In this document: piece by piece, positions 19,828 to 29,720 of the stretch
Position numbering within the stretch: position 1 is the stretch's first letter
Layout: each line of letters begins with the position of its first letter
Origin: Deferribacterales bacterium
GTDB lineage: Bacteria > Chrysiogenota > Deferribacteres > Deferribacterales > Geovibrionaceae
DNA length: 64,000 bases
Reading direction: 5' to 3'
Assembly (NCBI GenBank): GCA_050253075.1
Contig: JBFWJS010000003.1
Location: 277,458 to 341,457 of the forward strand
Position numbers and translations under genes: made by a program
The notes under the pieces: generated by a model
Told to the model about the DNA's origin: nothing
Seen by the model: only the letters and a program-made list of their open reading frames with translations
The model's database searches: none

Positions 19828-21339
19828 ATGAGCGATAAACTTAAAATTCAAGACCACGTTTCACTTTTCAGCCGTCAAGACTACATTGACATGTTCGAAA
19901 AGAAGAAACAATACGAGAACGCTGAGACAGATGCTAAAGTTCAAGAGATCCTTGAATGGACAAAAACTGAAGAGTACAAGAAGATCAACTTCGACAGAAC
20001 TGACCTTGTTGTAAACCCTCTTAAAGCTTGTCAGCCACTCGGCGGTATATATGCTGCTATCGGATTTGAAGGAACAATGCCTTTCGTACACGGTTCACAG
20101 GGCTGCGCTTCTTACTTCCGTTCACACTTTATACGTCACTTCCGTGAGCCATTCCCGACATCATGCGACGCCATGACAGAGGATGCAGCGGTTTTCGGCG
20201 GACACAACGCACTTTACCTCGGACTTCAGAACACACACGAGCTGTTCAAGCCTGAGATGATCGCTATCGTAACTTCATGCATGTCAGAGGTTATCGGTGA
20301 CGACCTTAACAACTTTGTTAAGAATGCTAAAGCTGAGGGGTACATCCCTGAAGACTTCCCTGTGACATACGCTCACACACCATCTTTCGTCGGCTCCCAT
20401 GTTGTCGGATACGACGCTATGATGACAGCTATCCTTAAGCAGCTCGGCGAAGTTAAAGAAGAGAAGCACGATAAGATCAACGTTATCATGGGATTCGACA
20501 CATACATCGAAAACTTCAACGAAGTTAAGCGTATATTCGAACTCTTCGGCGCTGAGCTTACACTTCTTTCCGACCCTACAGAGGTACTTAACTCACCTGC
20601 TGACGGACATTACAAAATGTACTACGGCGGTACACCTCTCGCAGATGTTAAGGATGCTCCTAACGCTAAATCTGCGATCCTTATGCAGAAATACTCCATG
20701 ATCAAGACAAAAGAGCTTCTTGAAGGATGGGGACAGAACGTTAAGGTTGTAAACCCTTACGGTCTCGAAGGAACTGACCAGCTTATCATGGCTATCGCTG
20801 AGCTGACAGGCAAGCCTATTCCTGCTCAGATAGAGAAAGAGCGTGGTCTCCTTGTGGATGCTATCACAGACTCTTACTACTGGACACACGGCAAGACCTT
20901 CGGCATCAACGGCGACCCTGACTTCGCACTTGCCCTTACAAGATTCGTAATGGAGCTCGGCGGCGAGCCTGTACACGTACTCTGCACAAACGGCGGTAAA
21001 GCATGGGAGAAAGAGTGTAACGAACTTCTCGCTAGCTCACAGCTCGGTGCAGACGGCAAAGCATACCCACAGAGAGATATGTGGCACTACCGTTCACTCC
21101 TCTTCACAGAGCCGGTTGACTACATGATAGGAAACTCCTACGGTAAATTCCTTGAGCGTGACACAGGAACACCTCTTGTACGTATCGGTTTCCCACTTCA
21201 GGACAGACATCACCTCCACAGATATCCTACACTCGGATACAGAGGCGGTGTACAGATGCTGACTTGGATCGTTAATGAAATCCTCGACGACGTAGATTTC
21301 AAAACAAAGGACACAACAAGCTACGACCTTCTGAGGTAA
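19828..21339 (+). CDS. nifK: Nitrogenase MoFe protein beta chain
   Basis: NPLKACQPLG, HGSQGC, TSCMSEVIGDD. Confidence 0.98.
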   Translation: MSDKLKIQDHVSLFSRQDYIDMFEKKKQYENAETDAKVQEILEWTKTEEYKKINFDRTDLVVNPLKACQPLGGIYAAIGFEGTMPFVHGSQGCASYFRSHFIRHFREPFPTSCDAMTEDAAVFGGHNALYLGLQNTHELFKPEMIAIVTSCMSEVIGDDLNNFVKNAKAEGYIPEDFPVTYAHTPSFVGSHVVGYDAMMTAILKQLGEVKEEKHDKINVIMGFDTYIENFNEVKRIFELFGAELTLLSDPTEVLNSPADGHYKMYYGGTPLADVKDAPNAKSAILMQKYSMIKTKELLEGWGQNVKVVNPYGLEGTDQLIMAIAELTGKPIPAQIEKERGLLVDAITDSYYWTHGKTFGINGDPDFALALTRFVMELGGEPVHVLCTNGGKAWEKECNELLASSQLGADGKAYPQRDMWHYRSLLFTEPVDYMIGNSYGKFLERDTGTPLVRIGFPLQDRHHLHRYPTLGYRGGVQMLTWIVNEILDDVDFKTKDTTSYDLLR

Positions 21340-21343
21340 TCCT

Positions 21344-21553
21344 ATGAAGGTAACACTAAATAAAAAAGGGGACGTATACTCAGTATACGTCCCTAAAAAA
21401 GATCTGGAAGCAATAGTAGTAGAAATCGAGCAGAAGGGCGTATTCGGAGGACTTTTTACTCTGAATAACGGGTGGATACTGGAATTCGCCGAACTGGAAG
21501 AAGAGCCCGAACTGCCGCAAACATTTAACGCAACGCTTGTAAGCAGAGGTTAA
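21344..21553 (+). CDS. nifT: NifT/FixU family protein
   Basis: YVPKKDLE and GG...L.NGW motifs. Confidence 0.88.
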   Translation: MKVTLNKKGDVYSVYVPKKDLEAIVVEIEQKGVFGGLFTLNNGWILEFAELEEEPELPQTFNATLVSRG

Positions 21554-21571
21554 TAGAGAAACCTTCTATCT

Positions 21572-21612
21572 GTCATGCTGGGGGTCGGGCTTTCAGCCTT
21601 CCTCAGGGTGAC
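21572..21612. repeat. Short GTCA...TGAC palindromic element
   Basis: GTCATGCTGGGG...CCTCAGGGTGAC hairpin between nifT and nifE. Confidence 0.55.
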
Positions 21613-21714
21613 ACATAAAAAGTTTCTGTAATAGCTGAATGTATTGTCGGGGAGCTGACAATACAGATGAGAGAGTAGTACCTACAGCTTTTTTATCGTT
21701 CTAGGGAGTGCAAT

Positions 21715-23079
21715 ATGAAGCTTACATTACAGACACTGGTTAATGAGCCGGGTTGCGACCACAATCAGGCTAAATCAGATAAAAAGAAAAAAGAAGGGTG
21801 CAAAAAACCGACTCCCGGTGCCACAGCGGGCGGATGCGCATTTGACGGCGCACAGATCGTCCTGCTTCCGGTTGCGGATGCTGCCCATCTCATACACGGA
21901 CCAATCACATGCTGCGGCCACAGCTATAACAACAGGGGCACACGCTCCACTGTGGGCGACATGCACACATACGGCTTTACCACCGACATGTCCGAAATGG
22001 ACATTATCTTCGGCGGGGAACAAAAGCTGAGAGATTCCATAAAGTACATAGCAGAAAGATATAAGCCAAAAGCTATTTTTGTATACTCGACCTGCGTCAC
22101 AGCCATGATAGGCGAAGATATAGACCAGGTCTGTAAAGAGACTTCCAGTGAGGTGAGGCTGCCTGTGATCCCGGTAGACTCCCCCGGTTTTGCGGGCAGC
22201 AAAAACCTCGGCAATAAGTTTGCGGGAAACTCTGTAGTAGAACACGTAGTCGGAACGATAGAGCCAAAGTCCGTTCCGGAGAATTCGATCAACCTGATAG
22301 GGGAGTATAACATAGCGGGGGAGCTGTGGCAGGTTGAACCGATACTCAAAGCAGTGGGCATAAACATCCTCTCGAGGATAACAGGAAACGCCACATACGA
22401 AGAGCTCGCCTATGCGAACAAAGCTCAGGTGTCCGTGGTGATATGCAGCCGTGCGCTGATATCCATCGGGCGTCAGCTCGAGGAAAAGTACGGCATACCA
22501 TACCTCGAAGGATCCTTCTACAGCATGAAGCAGACAAAGGAAACCCTTCTGAAAATAGCCGATGTGCTGAAAAACGACGAACTCAAAGAAAGAATAGAAA
22601 AATACTGTGCAGAGAAAGAGAAAGAGACATACGCCGAGCTCGCTCCCTATCTGCCGGTGCTGAAAGATAAAAAGGTGCTCGTTTACACAGGCGGAGTGAA
22701 AAGCTGGTCTGTGCTCCATCAGCTCGAAGAGCTCGGTATGGAGGCTATCAAATCAAGCACCAGAAAGTCCACTGAAGAGGATGTGGAGAGGATTCTCGAC
22801 CATTTCGACGGAAATGAGGACGGTCTCCTCCCAAAAGCTACAGGCAAGAGCATGCTTGCCCTGCTGAAGGAACGCAAAGGCGACCTTTTCCTCGCGGGCG
22901 GCCGAAACATGTATAACGCTATGAAAGGGCAGGTTCCCTTCCTCGACGTAAACCAGGAGAGGCACTTTGCCTATGCAGGCTACGAAGGGATGGTGGAGCT
23001 GGCGAAGCACATGGTGTGGACTCTGGAATCACCCGTGTTTGACATAGCACACAGCAAAGCACCATGGGAGGCAGAATAA
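21715..23079 (+). CDS. nifE: FeMo-cofactor scaffold NifE
   Basis: GGCAFDGA, HGPITC, YSTCVTAMIG, TGGVKSWS. Confidence 0.96.
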   Translation: MKLTLQTLVNEPGCDHNQAKSDKKKKEGCKKPTPGATAGGCAFDGAQIVLLPVADAAHLIHGPITCCGHSYNNRGTRSTVGDMHTYGFTTDMSEMDIIFGGEQKLRDSIKYIAERYKPKAIFVYSTCVTAMIGEDIDQVCKETSSEVRLPVIPVDSPGFAGSKNLGNKFAGNSVVEHVVGTIEPKSVPENSINLIGEYNIAGELWQVEPILKAVGINILSRITGNATYEELAYANKAQVSVVICSRALISIGRQLEEKYGIPYLEGSFYSMKQTKETLLKIADVLKNDELKERIEKYCAEKEKETYAELAPYLPVLKDKKVLVYTGGVKSWSVLHQLEELGMEAIKSSTRKSTEEDVERILDHFDGNEDGLLPKATGKSMLALLKERKGDLFLAGGRNMYNAMKGQVPFLDVNQERHFAYAGYEGMVELAKHMVWTLESPVFDIAHSKAPWEAE

Positions 23080-24386
23080 TGGTTAAGACTATCGAAAAGC
23101 CTCTGAGCATCAACCCTCTGAAAAAGAGTCAGATAATGGGCGCAGTGTCCGTTTTCCTCGGTATAGAGGGGTGCATGCCTCTCGTACACGGCTCACAGGG
23201 CTGTATGGCATTTACAAAGAACTTCCTGACACAGCACTTCCGTGAGGTCACCCCTATGCAGAGTACTGCTGTGTTCGACATTGCTACTATCCTCGGCGGG
23301 GATTCAAACCTGCACGACGGACTGAAGAATGTAATAGAAAAGACAAAGCCTAAGATAATCGGGCTCTGCACATCAGGCATGACAGAGACCAGAGGCGACG
23401 ACATAAAAGGGACTCTCATGAGATTCAGAGAGCAGTTCCCCGAATTTGACGAAACAGTTATCGTGCCGGTCCTCACACCCGACTTTGTCGGTGATGCTGA
23501 GACAGGCTATGCAGAGGCTGTGGCGCAGATTCTCAATGTCGGCGTAGATGTAGAGGCTAAGAAAACATATAAAGACAACCGCAGGATAAACATCCTCGCA
23601 GGGATGCACCTGAACGCCGCAGATATCGACTGGCTCCGCAGGCTGTTTGCAGATTTCGGTCTGGATACATTTGTCCTGCCTGACCTCGCCTCCACAATGG
23701 GCGGTCAGGTGACAAGGTTCTACAGCCTCCCCGAAGAGGGCTCAAAGCTCGAAGATATCAAAACGGCAGGATGCGCTGATTTCACCATCGCAGTCGGCAG
23801 CAGTATGGAAAAAGCTGCGGATGTGCTCCTTGAGAAATGCAGCGTTCCTTATAAAAAATTCGACACACTCACAGGTGTGAAAGCAACAGACGAGCTCCTT
23901 AGCTGGCTGATGGACTACACAGGCAAGCCTGTCCCCGAGTGGGTTAAGATAGAGCGCAAAAGAGCGCTGGACGCCATGCTGGACGCACACTTCAGCTTCG
24001 GCGGGAAAACATGCTCCATAGCTGCCGAGCCTGACCTTGCTTATAACCTGGGCAAGATGATCAGTGAGGAATTCGGCATAAAGCTGGAGACCGTAGTTTC
24101 AACTGCGAAAGAGGGACTCTTCACCACGCTGGATGCTGAAAATATCATCTGCGGAGACATGGAAGACCTCGAAGACAACATCGGCAAATCCGACTTTGTC
24201 ATAGCAAACTCAAACGCAGGCAACATCTGCCACAGAAAAGGACTCCCATTATATAAAGCAGGATATCCGATAAAGGATATGTTAGGCCATTTCCACAGGC
24301 ATTTCATAGGCTACAAGGGGGCTGTGATGCTCGCTTTTGACCTCGGAAATATTTGTCTGGAAAAGGACATCCACTCATCACACTAA
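23079..24386 (+). CDS. nifN: FeMo-cofactor scaffold NifN
   Basis: INPLKKSQ.MGA, HGSQGC; TAATG overlap with nifE. Confidence 0.95.
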   Translation: MVKTIEKPLSINPLKKSQIMGAVSVFLGIEGCMPLVHGSQGCMAFTKNFLTQHFREVTPMQSTAVFDIATILGGDSNLHDGLKNVIEKTKPKIIGLCTSGMTETRGDDIKGTLMRFREQFPEFDETVIVPVLTPDFVGDAETGYAEAVAQILNVGVDVEAKKTYKDNRRINILAGMHLNAADIDWLRRLFADFGLDTFVLPDLASTMGGQVTRFYSLPEEGSKLEDIKTAGCADFTIAVGSSMEKAADVLLEKCSVPYKKFDTLTGVKATDELLSWLMDYTGKPVPEWVKIERKRALDAMLDAHFSFGGKTCSIAAEPDLAYNLGKMISEEFGIKLETVVSTAKEGLFTTLDAENIICGDMEDLEDNIGKSDFVIANSNAGNICHRKGLPLYKAGYPIKDMLGHFHRHFIGYKGAVMLAFDLGNICLEKDIHSSH

Positions 24387-24397
24387 AGGAGACAGAC

Positions 24398-24769
24398 ATG
24401 AAAATCGCATTTTGCACAACTGATATGGAAACAATAAACCAGCACTTTGGTCAGGCTGATAAAGTGGCTATCTATGATATAGACGACAAAGAATACTCAC
24501 TCGCAGAAGTCAGAGAGTTCGTGCCTATCGACCCTGAGAAAGGCGACCATAAGGTAGACACAGAGACAAAAGCCATAGCACTGAAAGACTGCGCAATCCT
24601 TTATGTCGCTGAGATCGGCGGACCTGCTGCTGCACACGTTATAAAAAATAAGATTCACCCTATAAAAGTCGCAGAACCTGTGGCTATCAAAGAGATACTC
24701 GACGCTCTGAAAGCGAAACTCGGCGATAATCCTGCACCGTGGCTTAAAAAGGCAATGTTAAAGGGATAG
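24398..24769 (+). CDS. nifX: NifX
   Basis: MKIAF.T.D...NQHFG, IGGPAAA, APWLKK. Confidence 0.92.
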   Translation: MKIAFCTTDMETINQHFGQADKVAIYDIDDKEYSLAEVREFVPIDPEKGDHKVDTETKAIALKDCAILYVAEIGGPAAAHVIKNKIHPIKVAEPVAIKEILDALKAKLGDNPAPWLKKAMLKG

Positions 24770-24773
24770 TCCT

Positions 24774-25196
24774 ATGCAGAAATTCATGGAGACACTGAAC
24801 GCAAAGCTGCGTGCCCACGATGCTTACGGCGTGTGGAAAAAGCTAGACGATGCGACAGTTATATCAAGGCACTATGTCCTCAGCAAAGAGGATAAGAAGA
24901 AGATAGACGTATACGGCAGGATGCCCGATGATGTCATTGCTAAGATGCGCCTTTACTATGAGGCTGTTGCACAGACGGTAGAGTGGCAGACAGGGAAGAT
25001 GGCCATAACAATGCTGGACATCAATACCGAAGGCTTCGGCCGTGCACTCGTCGCTTATGAGGACGCTATCCTCTGCCAGAGGGTGCATCGAAACGCACAT
25101 AAATTCGGCTTTAAAGACCTCGAAGATATCGAGAGCGACGGCGAAAAGCTCGTTGCTGCGTGCCTTAAGAAATTGTCTGAGATGCCCGAAGAATAA
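24774..25196 (+). CDS. NifX-associated protein (DUF269)
   Basis: RAHDAYGVW, EGFGR, FGF...E motifs. Confidence 0.85.
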   Translation: MQKFMETLNAKLRAHDAYGVWKKLDDATVISRHYVLSKEDKKKIDVYGRMPDDVIAKMRLYYEAVAQTVEWQTGKMAITMLDINTEGFGRALVAYEDAILCQRVHRNAHKFGFKDLEDIESDGEKLVAACLKKLSEMPEE

Positions 25197-25235
25197 TTCT
25201 GGATACTTTTTTCTTTTATATATGTTCAGGAAGAG

Positions 25236-25260
25236 GGCGGCTCAATGAGTCGCCTTTTTT
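25236..25260 (+). terminator. Terminator of the nifHDKTENX operon
   Basis: GAGGGCGGCTC-AAT-GAGTCGCCTTTTTT. Confidence 0.8.
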
Positions 25261-25263
25261 CGT

Positions 25264-26202
25264 TTAGGTGATTATTCGGCTGACAATGCCGTCACGCCCT
25301 TGATTCTTCACTTCGTAAATTCCTTTATCTGCCTCGATTATAAGCTCTTCCACTTTGTTGCTGATGTTCATTGTGATGTCCATACGCATGGATACCACGG
25401 ATATGCTGAGTGACGTGCCGAAGTTTTTCTTTTTCTGGTAGTGTCCTCTGAGCCTGCCTGCTGCCTTTACGGCGGCTTTGAGGTCTGCCCCGGGCATTAT
25501 AATGCCGAATTCGTCCCCGCCGAATCTGAATGCGGTGTCTTTATCTGCACGCACGATAGTCAGCATGGTGTCTGCAAGAGTTCTGAGGACTTTGTCCCCT
25601 GATGCATGGCCGTATTGGTCGTTGACCTCTTTGAATTTGTCACAGTCCAGCATTATGAGCGACATATACTCGCCCTTTGGAGCCAGCTTTTCTGCTTCTT
25701 TCAGGAGACAAGCATCAAAATATCTCCTGTTGTAGAGACCTGTCAGGCTGTCTTTTATAGCCAGATCCTGCATCTTCTGCGCCTTGTCTTTACTCTCGTT
25801 AAGCATCTTTATCAGCATGCGGTTCTGCCCTCGGATGTGATTTCCCACCAGCTTTAGATTACGCAGAAAATCTATGAAAGCGTTTTCGTCCTCACGCTGG
25901 TTCGGCAGGGCAAAGTATGCCATATAGTTCCCTTTACGGATGTTTTTACAAAATTCAGATGCCTGCCTCAGGCTTTTGCCGATGAGCAGATATTCGATCA
26001 GTCTGGATACATTCGGCAGGACAATTATCATAAGCAAGACCAAAGCCGTCAGAGCATGCTGACCGGGTTTTACTATTCTTGACTCATAAAGATATATGAC
26101 CGTACAGATAGGTACGATCGCAAGGATGAAATAAGTGAAAGCTATCTTTTTCCGAATGCTGTAAGATATTTTTATCTCTGTGTTTGAGTGTTTGCCAGTC
26201 AT
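25264..26202 (-). CDS. Membrane diguanylate cyclase (HAMP-like linker)
   Basis: Two TM segments; DSLTGLYNRR, DCDKFK.VND.YGH, RFGGDEF. Confidence 0.88.
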   Translation of the reverse strand: MTGKHSNTEIKISYSIRKKIAFTYFILAIVPICTVIYLYESRIVKPGQHALTALVLLMIIVLPNVSRLIEYLLIGKSLRQASEFCKNIRKGNYMAYFALPNQREDENAFIDFLRNLKLVGNHIRGQNRMLIKMLNESKDKAQKMQDLAIKDSLTGLYNRRYFDACLLKEAEKLAPKGEYMSLIMLDCDKFKEVNDQYGHASGDKVLRTLADTMLTIVRADKDTAFRFGGDEFGIIMPGADLKAAVKAAGRLRGHYQKKKNFGTSLSISVVSMRMDITMNISNKVEELIIEADKGIYEVKNQGRDGIVSRIIT

Positions 26203-26245
26203 TTTCCCGACCTTTAAATGAATAATTCAGAGCACTTCATTAAAT

Positions 26246-26264
26246 GATAATGAGAATTGATATC
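26246..26264. promoter_or_regulatory. Putative Fur box
   Basis: GATAATGAGAATTGATATC, 15/19 to GATAATGATAATCATTATC. Confidence 0.6.
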
Positions 26265-26389
26265 AATAAATGAGAGTGAAGTCAAGTAGAGATTCAAAGG
26301 GATTTAAGTTTAATCTTTGCGAGCTTCGGACACTAAAAAAGGCGATGTGAAAACACCGCCTTCTTCAGAATGCCTACAGTGGATTTATA

Positions 26390-27508
26390 CTAAGCAGGTT
26401 TACTGCATAGTTTGCTGTATAGTCCTATCACCTGAGCCTTATTCAGCACAGATTTGTTCTTTCTGGCGAGCTTCTTCGCCTCGTGCAGCAGCCCTGTGAG
26501 CTGAAAGTCCTCGAGGAAGAGTCCTTCCTGATCGAGTATATATTTCAATACCGCAAGCCCTGACTGGTTGCCGAACACAAGGTTACGCTTCATATTCAGC
26601 TCAGACGGGTCGAAGGGCTCATAGTTCTTAGGGTTTTTAAGAACTCCGTCTGTGTGTATGCCCGATTCGTGGGTGAACATGAACTCTCCGATGACTGGCT
26701 TCTGAGGGTCGAGGGCTCTGCCCGCTGCCTTTGCCACATATTCAGAGAGGGATCTCATATTCTGTGTATCGAATGTATCCTCCATGCCGTATACATGTCT
26801 GGATGCCATTATGATCTCTTCCAGCGGTGCATTCCCCGCACGCTCGCCGAGCCCCATCACGGTGGTGTTGACGTGTGTGGCTCCCGCCTTAACGGCTGCC
26901 ATAGCGTTTGCTGTCGCCATGCCGAAGTCGTTGTGAGTGTGCACCTCTATGTCCATTTTCGTTATCTCACGTATCTTCTTTGTGAGCTCGTATGTTGTGA
27001 AAGGGTCGAGTATGCCGACAGTATCGCAAAATCTGAACCTGTCTGCACCGTGTGCTTCGATCACCTTTACATATTCGGCGAGGAAGTCGAAGTCCGCACG
27101 GGATGCATCCTCTCCTCCGACGGATATATAAAGGTCGTGATTTGCGCAGAAGTCGAGAACTGATTTCACCTGATCGAGTATCCATTCCCTCGTCTTATTC
27201 AGCTTTGTATGTATCTGTACATCCGACATAGGCAGGGATATCTCTATGGATGTAGCCCCCGCTGCTATGGACGCTTGCACATCGCCTATCAGCGCTCTGT
27301 TCCATGCTATTATGCGTGCATCCAGCCCGAGCTCCAGTATGGATTCAAACATGCGTGACTCGGCTCTGCCCATAACGGGTATGCCCGCTTCTATCTCCTG
27401 AACGCCGATAGCGTCGAGATGTTTTGCTATTGTCAGCTTTTCCTTACGGGAAAAGGCGACACCCGGGGTCTGTTCCCCGTCTCTTAGTGTAGTATCGTCT
27501 ATTATCAT
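26390..27508 (-). CDS. nifV: Homocitrate synthase
   Basis: DTTLRDGEQTPG, HTHNDFGMA, GLGERAGN, HESGIH. Confidence 0.93.
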   Translation of the reverse strand: MIIDDTTLRDGEQTPGVAFSRKEKLTIAKHLDAIGVQEIEAGIPVMGRAESRMFESILELGLDARIIAWNRALIGDVQASIAAGATSIEISLPMSDVQIHTKLNKTREWILDQVKSVLDFCANHDLYISVGGEDASRADFDFLAEYVKVIEAHGADRFRFCDTVGILDPFTTYELTKKIREITKMDIEVHTHNDFGMATANAMAAVKAGATHVNTTVMGLGERAGNAPLEEIIMASRHVYGMEDTFDTQNMRSLSEYVAKAAGRALDPQKPVIGEFMFTHESGIHTDGVLKNPKNYEPFDPSELNMKRNLVFGNQSGLAVLKYILDQEGLFLEDFQLTGLLHEAKKLARKNKSVLNKAQVIGLYSKLCSKPA

Positions 27509-27533
27509 CTTAAGACTCCCATCTTAATAGATT

Positions 27534-27622
27534 GTCATCGCGAATGTAATGAAGCGATCTTGCAAGTATATTTTCTCCCAGTAGTTGGAAGACTGCTTCG
27601 TCGATGTCTCCCTCGCAGTGAC
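27534..27622. repeat. GTCA...TGAC palindromic element in the nifV leader
   Basis: GTCATCGCGAA...GAAGCGATC and GACTGCTTCG...CTCGCAGTGAC. Confidence 0.7.
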
Positions 27623-27637
27623 GTTATAGCAATGTAT

Positions 27638-27653
27638 TGCAATCGGCATGCCA
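27638..27653 (-). promoter_or_regulatory. Sigma54 promoter of nifV
   Basis: Minus strand TGGCATGCCGATTGCA (GG-N10-GC). Confidence 0.85.
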
Positions 27654-27667
27654 GTTGCTCTTTATGA

Positions 27668-27732
27668 GTCATCCTGAACGGAGTGAATGAACTGAAACCT
27701 ATATACATTAATGGGTTCAGCCTTTTTATGAC
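27668..27732. repeat. Degenerate GTCA...TGAC element
   Basis: GTCATCCTGAACGGAGTGAA...TTCAG...ATGAC. Confidence 0.55.
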
Positions 27733-27760
27733 GACAGAGAGATGAAGAGAAAGTAAGGAT

Positions 27761-27823
27761 TGTAACATTACAGACATTACACAATGTCAGGTACGCTGTC
27801 AGACAATTGTAACAAACATGACA
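27761..27823. promoter_or_regulatory. NifA UAS pair shared by divergent nifV/nifB
   Basis: TGT-AACATTACAG-ACA 27761-27776 and TGT-AACAAACATG-ACA 27808-27823. Confidence 0.78.
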
Positions 27824-27867
27824 CTGACAAAAATGCTGAAACCCTTGATATCAGCGGGTTGTGGTTT

Positions 27868-27883
27868 TGGCACAAAGGTTGCT
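27868..27883 (+). promoter_or_regulatory. Sigma54 promoter of nifB
   Basis: TGGCACAAAGGTTGCT; IHF-like TATCAGCGGGTTG at 27849-27861. Confidence 0.88.
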
Positions 27884-27905
27884 TTGTAAAAGGCGGAGGC
27901 AGAAT

Positions 27906-29246
27906 ATGAGAAAAGACGAAGTAAAAGCCAAGATTGAAAAGCACCCTTGCTATTGCAAAGATGCCCATGATAAATACGCAAGAATACACCTTCCCGTTGC
28001 TCCTGCGTGTAATATACAGTGCAACTACTGTAACAGAAAATATGACTGCTCCAACGAATCAAGACCGGGCGTAACCAGCGGTGTACTTAACCCTGAGCAG
28101 GCTCTTGAAAAAGTTATAATGATAGAACAATCACTCGACAATCTCTCTGTTGTCGGTATCGCAGGCCCCGGAGATGCACTGGCTAATCCATCGGCTACAT
28201 TCGAGACACTCCGTCTCTTAAAAGCATACAAACCTGAGCTCATCCCGTGCATCAGCACAAACGGTCTCGCTCTCCCTGACTATGTGGACGAGATAGTAGA
28301 GCTCGGCATCAGCCACGTAACAGTAACAATGAATGCAGTAGACCCTCTCGTGGGTCAGCAGATATACAGCTGGATACACTTCGAAGGTGTTACATACCGA
28401 GGTGTTGAAGCAGCCGCAAAGCTCCTTGAGCGTCAGCTCGAGGGCATCAAGATGCTCACAGACAGAGGCATACTCGTTAAGATAAACACTGTCCTCATCC
28501 CGGGCATCAACGACAAGCATATAAATGAAGTAGCTAAAAAGATAAAAGAGCTTGGTGTTTTCATACACAATATCCTGCCTCTCATGAGCAAGCCCGAATA
28601 CGGCACAAAATTCGCCAAAGACGGCGTACCTGAGCCTGATATCAAGATGATAGCCAGAGCAAGGTTCGACTGTGCCGAGATCATGGGCGGATTCGACAAT
28701 GTCATGCAGCACTGCCGTCAGTGCAGAGCAGATGCAATAGGCAAGCTCGGACAAGACTTCGACATGAATCAACTAAGCGACGAGATCATAAACAACTCCT
28801 CAGCGGTAAAGGCACAGGTGATGAGTTCACATCGTGCCTTTACTTCTAAAAGCATGGAGCAGACATCATCCCGAGCCACAAGAAGCAAGATGACCGTGGT
28901 TGCTGTCGCTACAGAGAATAAATATATATCCGACGTCACATTCAAAAATGCCAGAACCTTCTATGTTTACGAAGTTTCGGGCTGGGGTGCGCATCTCAGA
29001 GAGATCAGAACCCTGAATTATGACGATTCCGATGCCTGTATAAAACTTTCAGGCCACCTTAAGAATGTACTGGAACTTCTCGAAGGATGCTCTGTTATGG
29101 TTTGCAGCGTTGCAGGAAAGAGCGCTGTGACAGAAATGTCTAAGCTGGGTATCACAATAGATACTACATGTGGTTATAAAGGACTGGAAGAAGCCGCTTA
29201 CCACGCCGGTATGAAAATACTGAAGGAAACAAAAGTTACAGCGTAA
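27906..29246 (+). CDS. nifB: Radical SAM FeMo-co biosynthesis protein NifB with C-terminal NifX-like domain
   Basis: HPC, CNIQCNYC, ESRPG, AGPG, CRQCRADA. Confidence 0.96.
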   Translation: MRKDEVKAKIEKHPCYCKDAHDKYARIHLPVAPACNIQCNYCNRKYDCSNESRPGVTSGVLNPEQALEKVIMIEQSLDNLSVVGIAGPGDALANPSATFETLRLLKAYKPELIPCISTNGLALPDYVDEIVELGISHVTVTMNAVDPLVGQQIYSWIHFEGVTYRGVEAAAKLLERQLEGIKMLTDRGILVKINTVLIPGINDKHINEVAKKIKELGVFIHNILPLMSKPEYGTKFAKDGVPEPDIKMIARARFDCAEIMGGFDNVMQHCRQCRADAIGKLGQDFDMNQLSDEIINNSSAVKAQVMSSHRAFTSKSMEQTSSRATRSKMTVVAVATENKYISDVTFKNARTFYVYEVSGWGAHLREIRTLNYDDSDACIKLSGHLKNVLELLEGCSVMVCSVAGKSAVTEMSKLGITIDTTCGYKGLEEAAYHAGMKILKETKVTA

Positions 29247-29584
29247 TGAAAAAAGATGGGAGTCTTGATATGTTACAGCAAAATCTGAGTGCAAACTCTG
29301 AGTCGGCGCAGATCGCCGCACTTATGAAAAACGACGGATACAAAATGATAAAAGGCGTGTGTGAAGACATCGATGTCGGAAACATTACAACAAGCATGCA
29401 TATCCGCTCGGGAAAGAGACTGATATCCCTGCTCATCCCAAACGGTGAAGCAAAGGCATCAGGTGCAGAGGTCGGTCAGCCTATCTACTGCATGATAAAA
29501 GGCAAAGATATCTATGTATTCAGAGACATCAAATACATGATGACAAAACTGCTGGAAAAAGACGGAAAACAGATAATCGTTTAA
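29246..29584 (+). CDS. TOBE/Mop-like domain protein
   Basis: IKGVCEDIDVG...G.EVGQPIYCMIKG.DI resembles TOBE; TAATG overlap with nifB. Confidence 0.6.
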   Translation: MKKDGSLDMLQQNLSANSESAQIAALMKNDGYKMIKGVCEDIDVGNITTSMHIRSGKRLISLLIPNGEAKASGAEVGQPIYCMIKGKDIYVFRDIKYMMTKLLEKDGKQIIV

Positions 29585-29595
29585 CAAATATAGAA

Positions 29596-29720
29596 GTCAC
29601 TCTGAGGAACACTGAAAGTGTGACGTAAGAGTCTCAGACCCAAGCTTATAGGCTGGTTATTAAGTAATTGATAAACAAAGGCTGAGATCCATACGCCTGC
29701 AGTTGCAGGCTCAGGATGAC
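29596..29720. repeat. GTCA...TGAC palindromic element (inverted copy of the 2889-3025 family)
   Basis: Reverse complement begins GTCATCCTGAGCCTGC and ends CCTCAGAGTGAC. Confidence 0.8.

Noticed and set aside
18368..21339. Alternative (V or Fe-only) nitrogenase
   Set aside because: HCYRS context is Mo-type, and there is no vnfG/anfG between D and K
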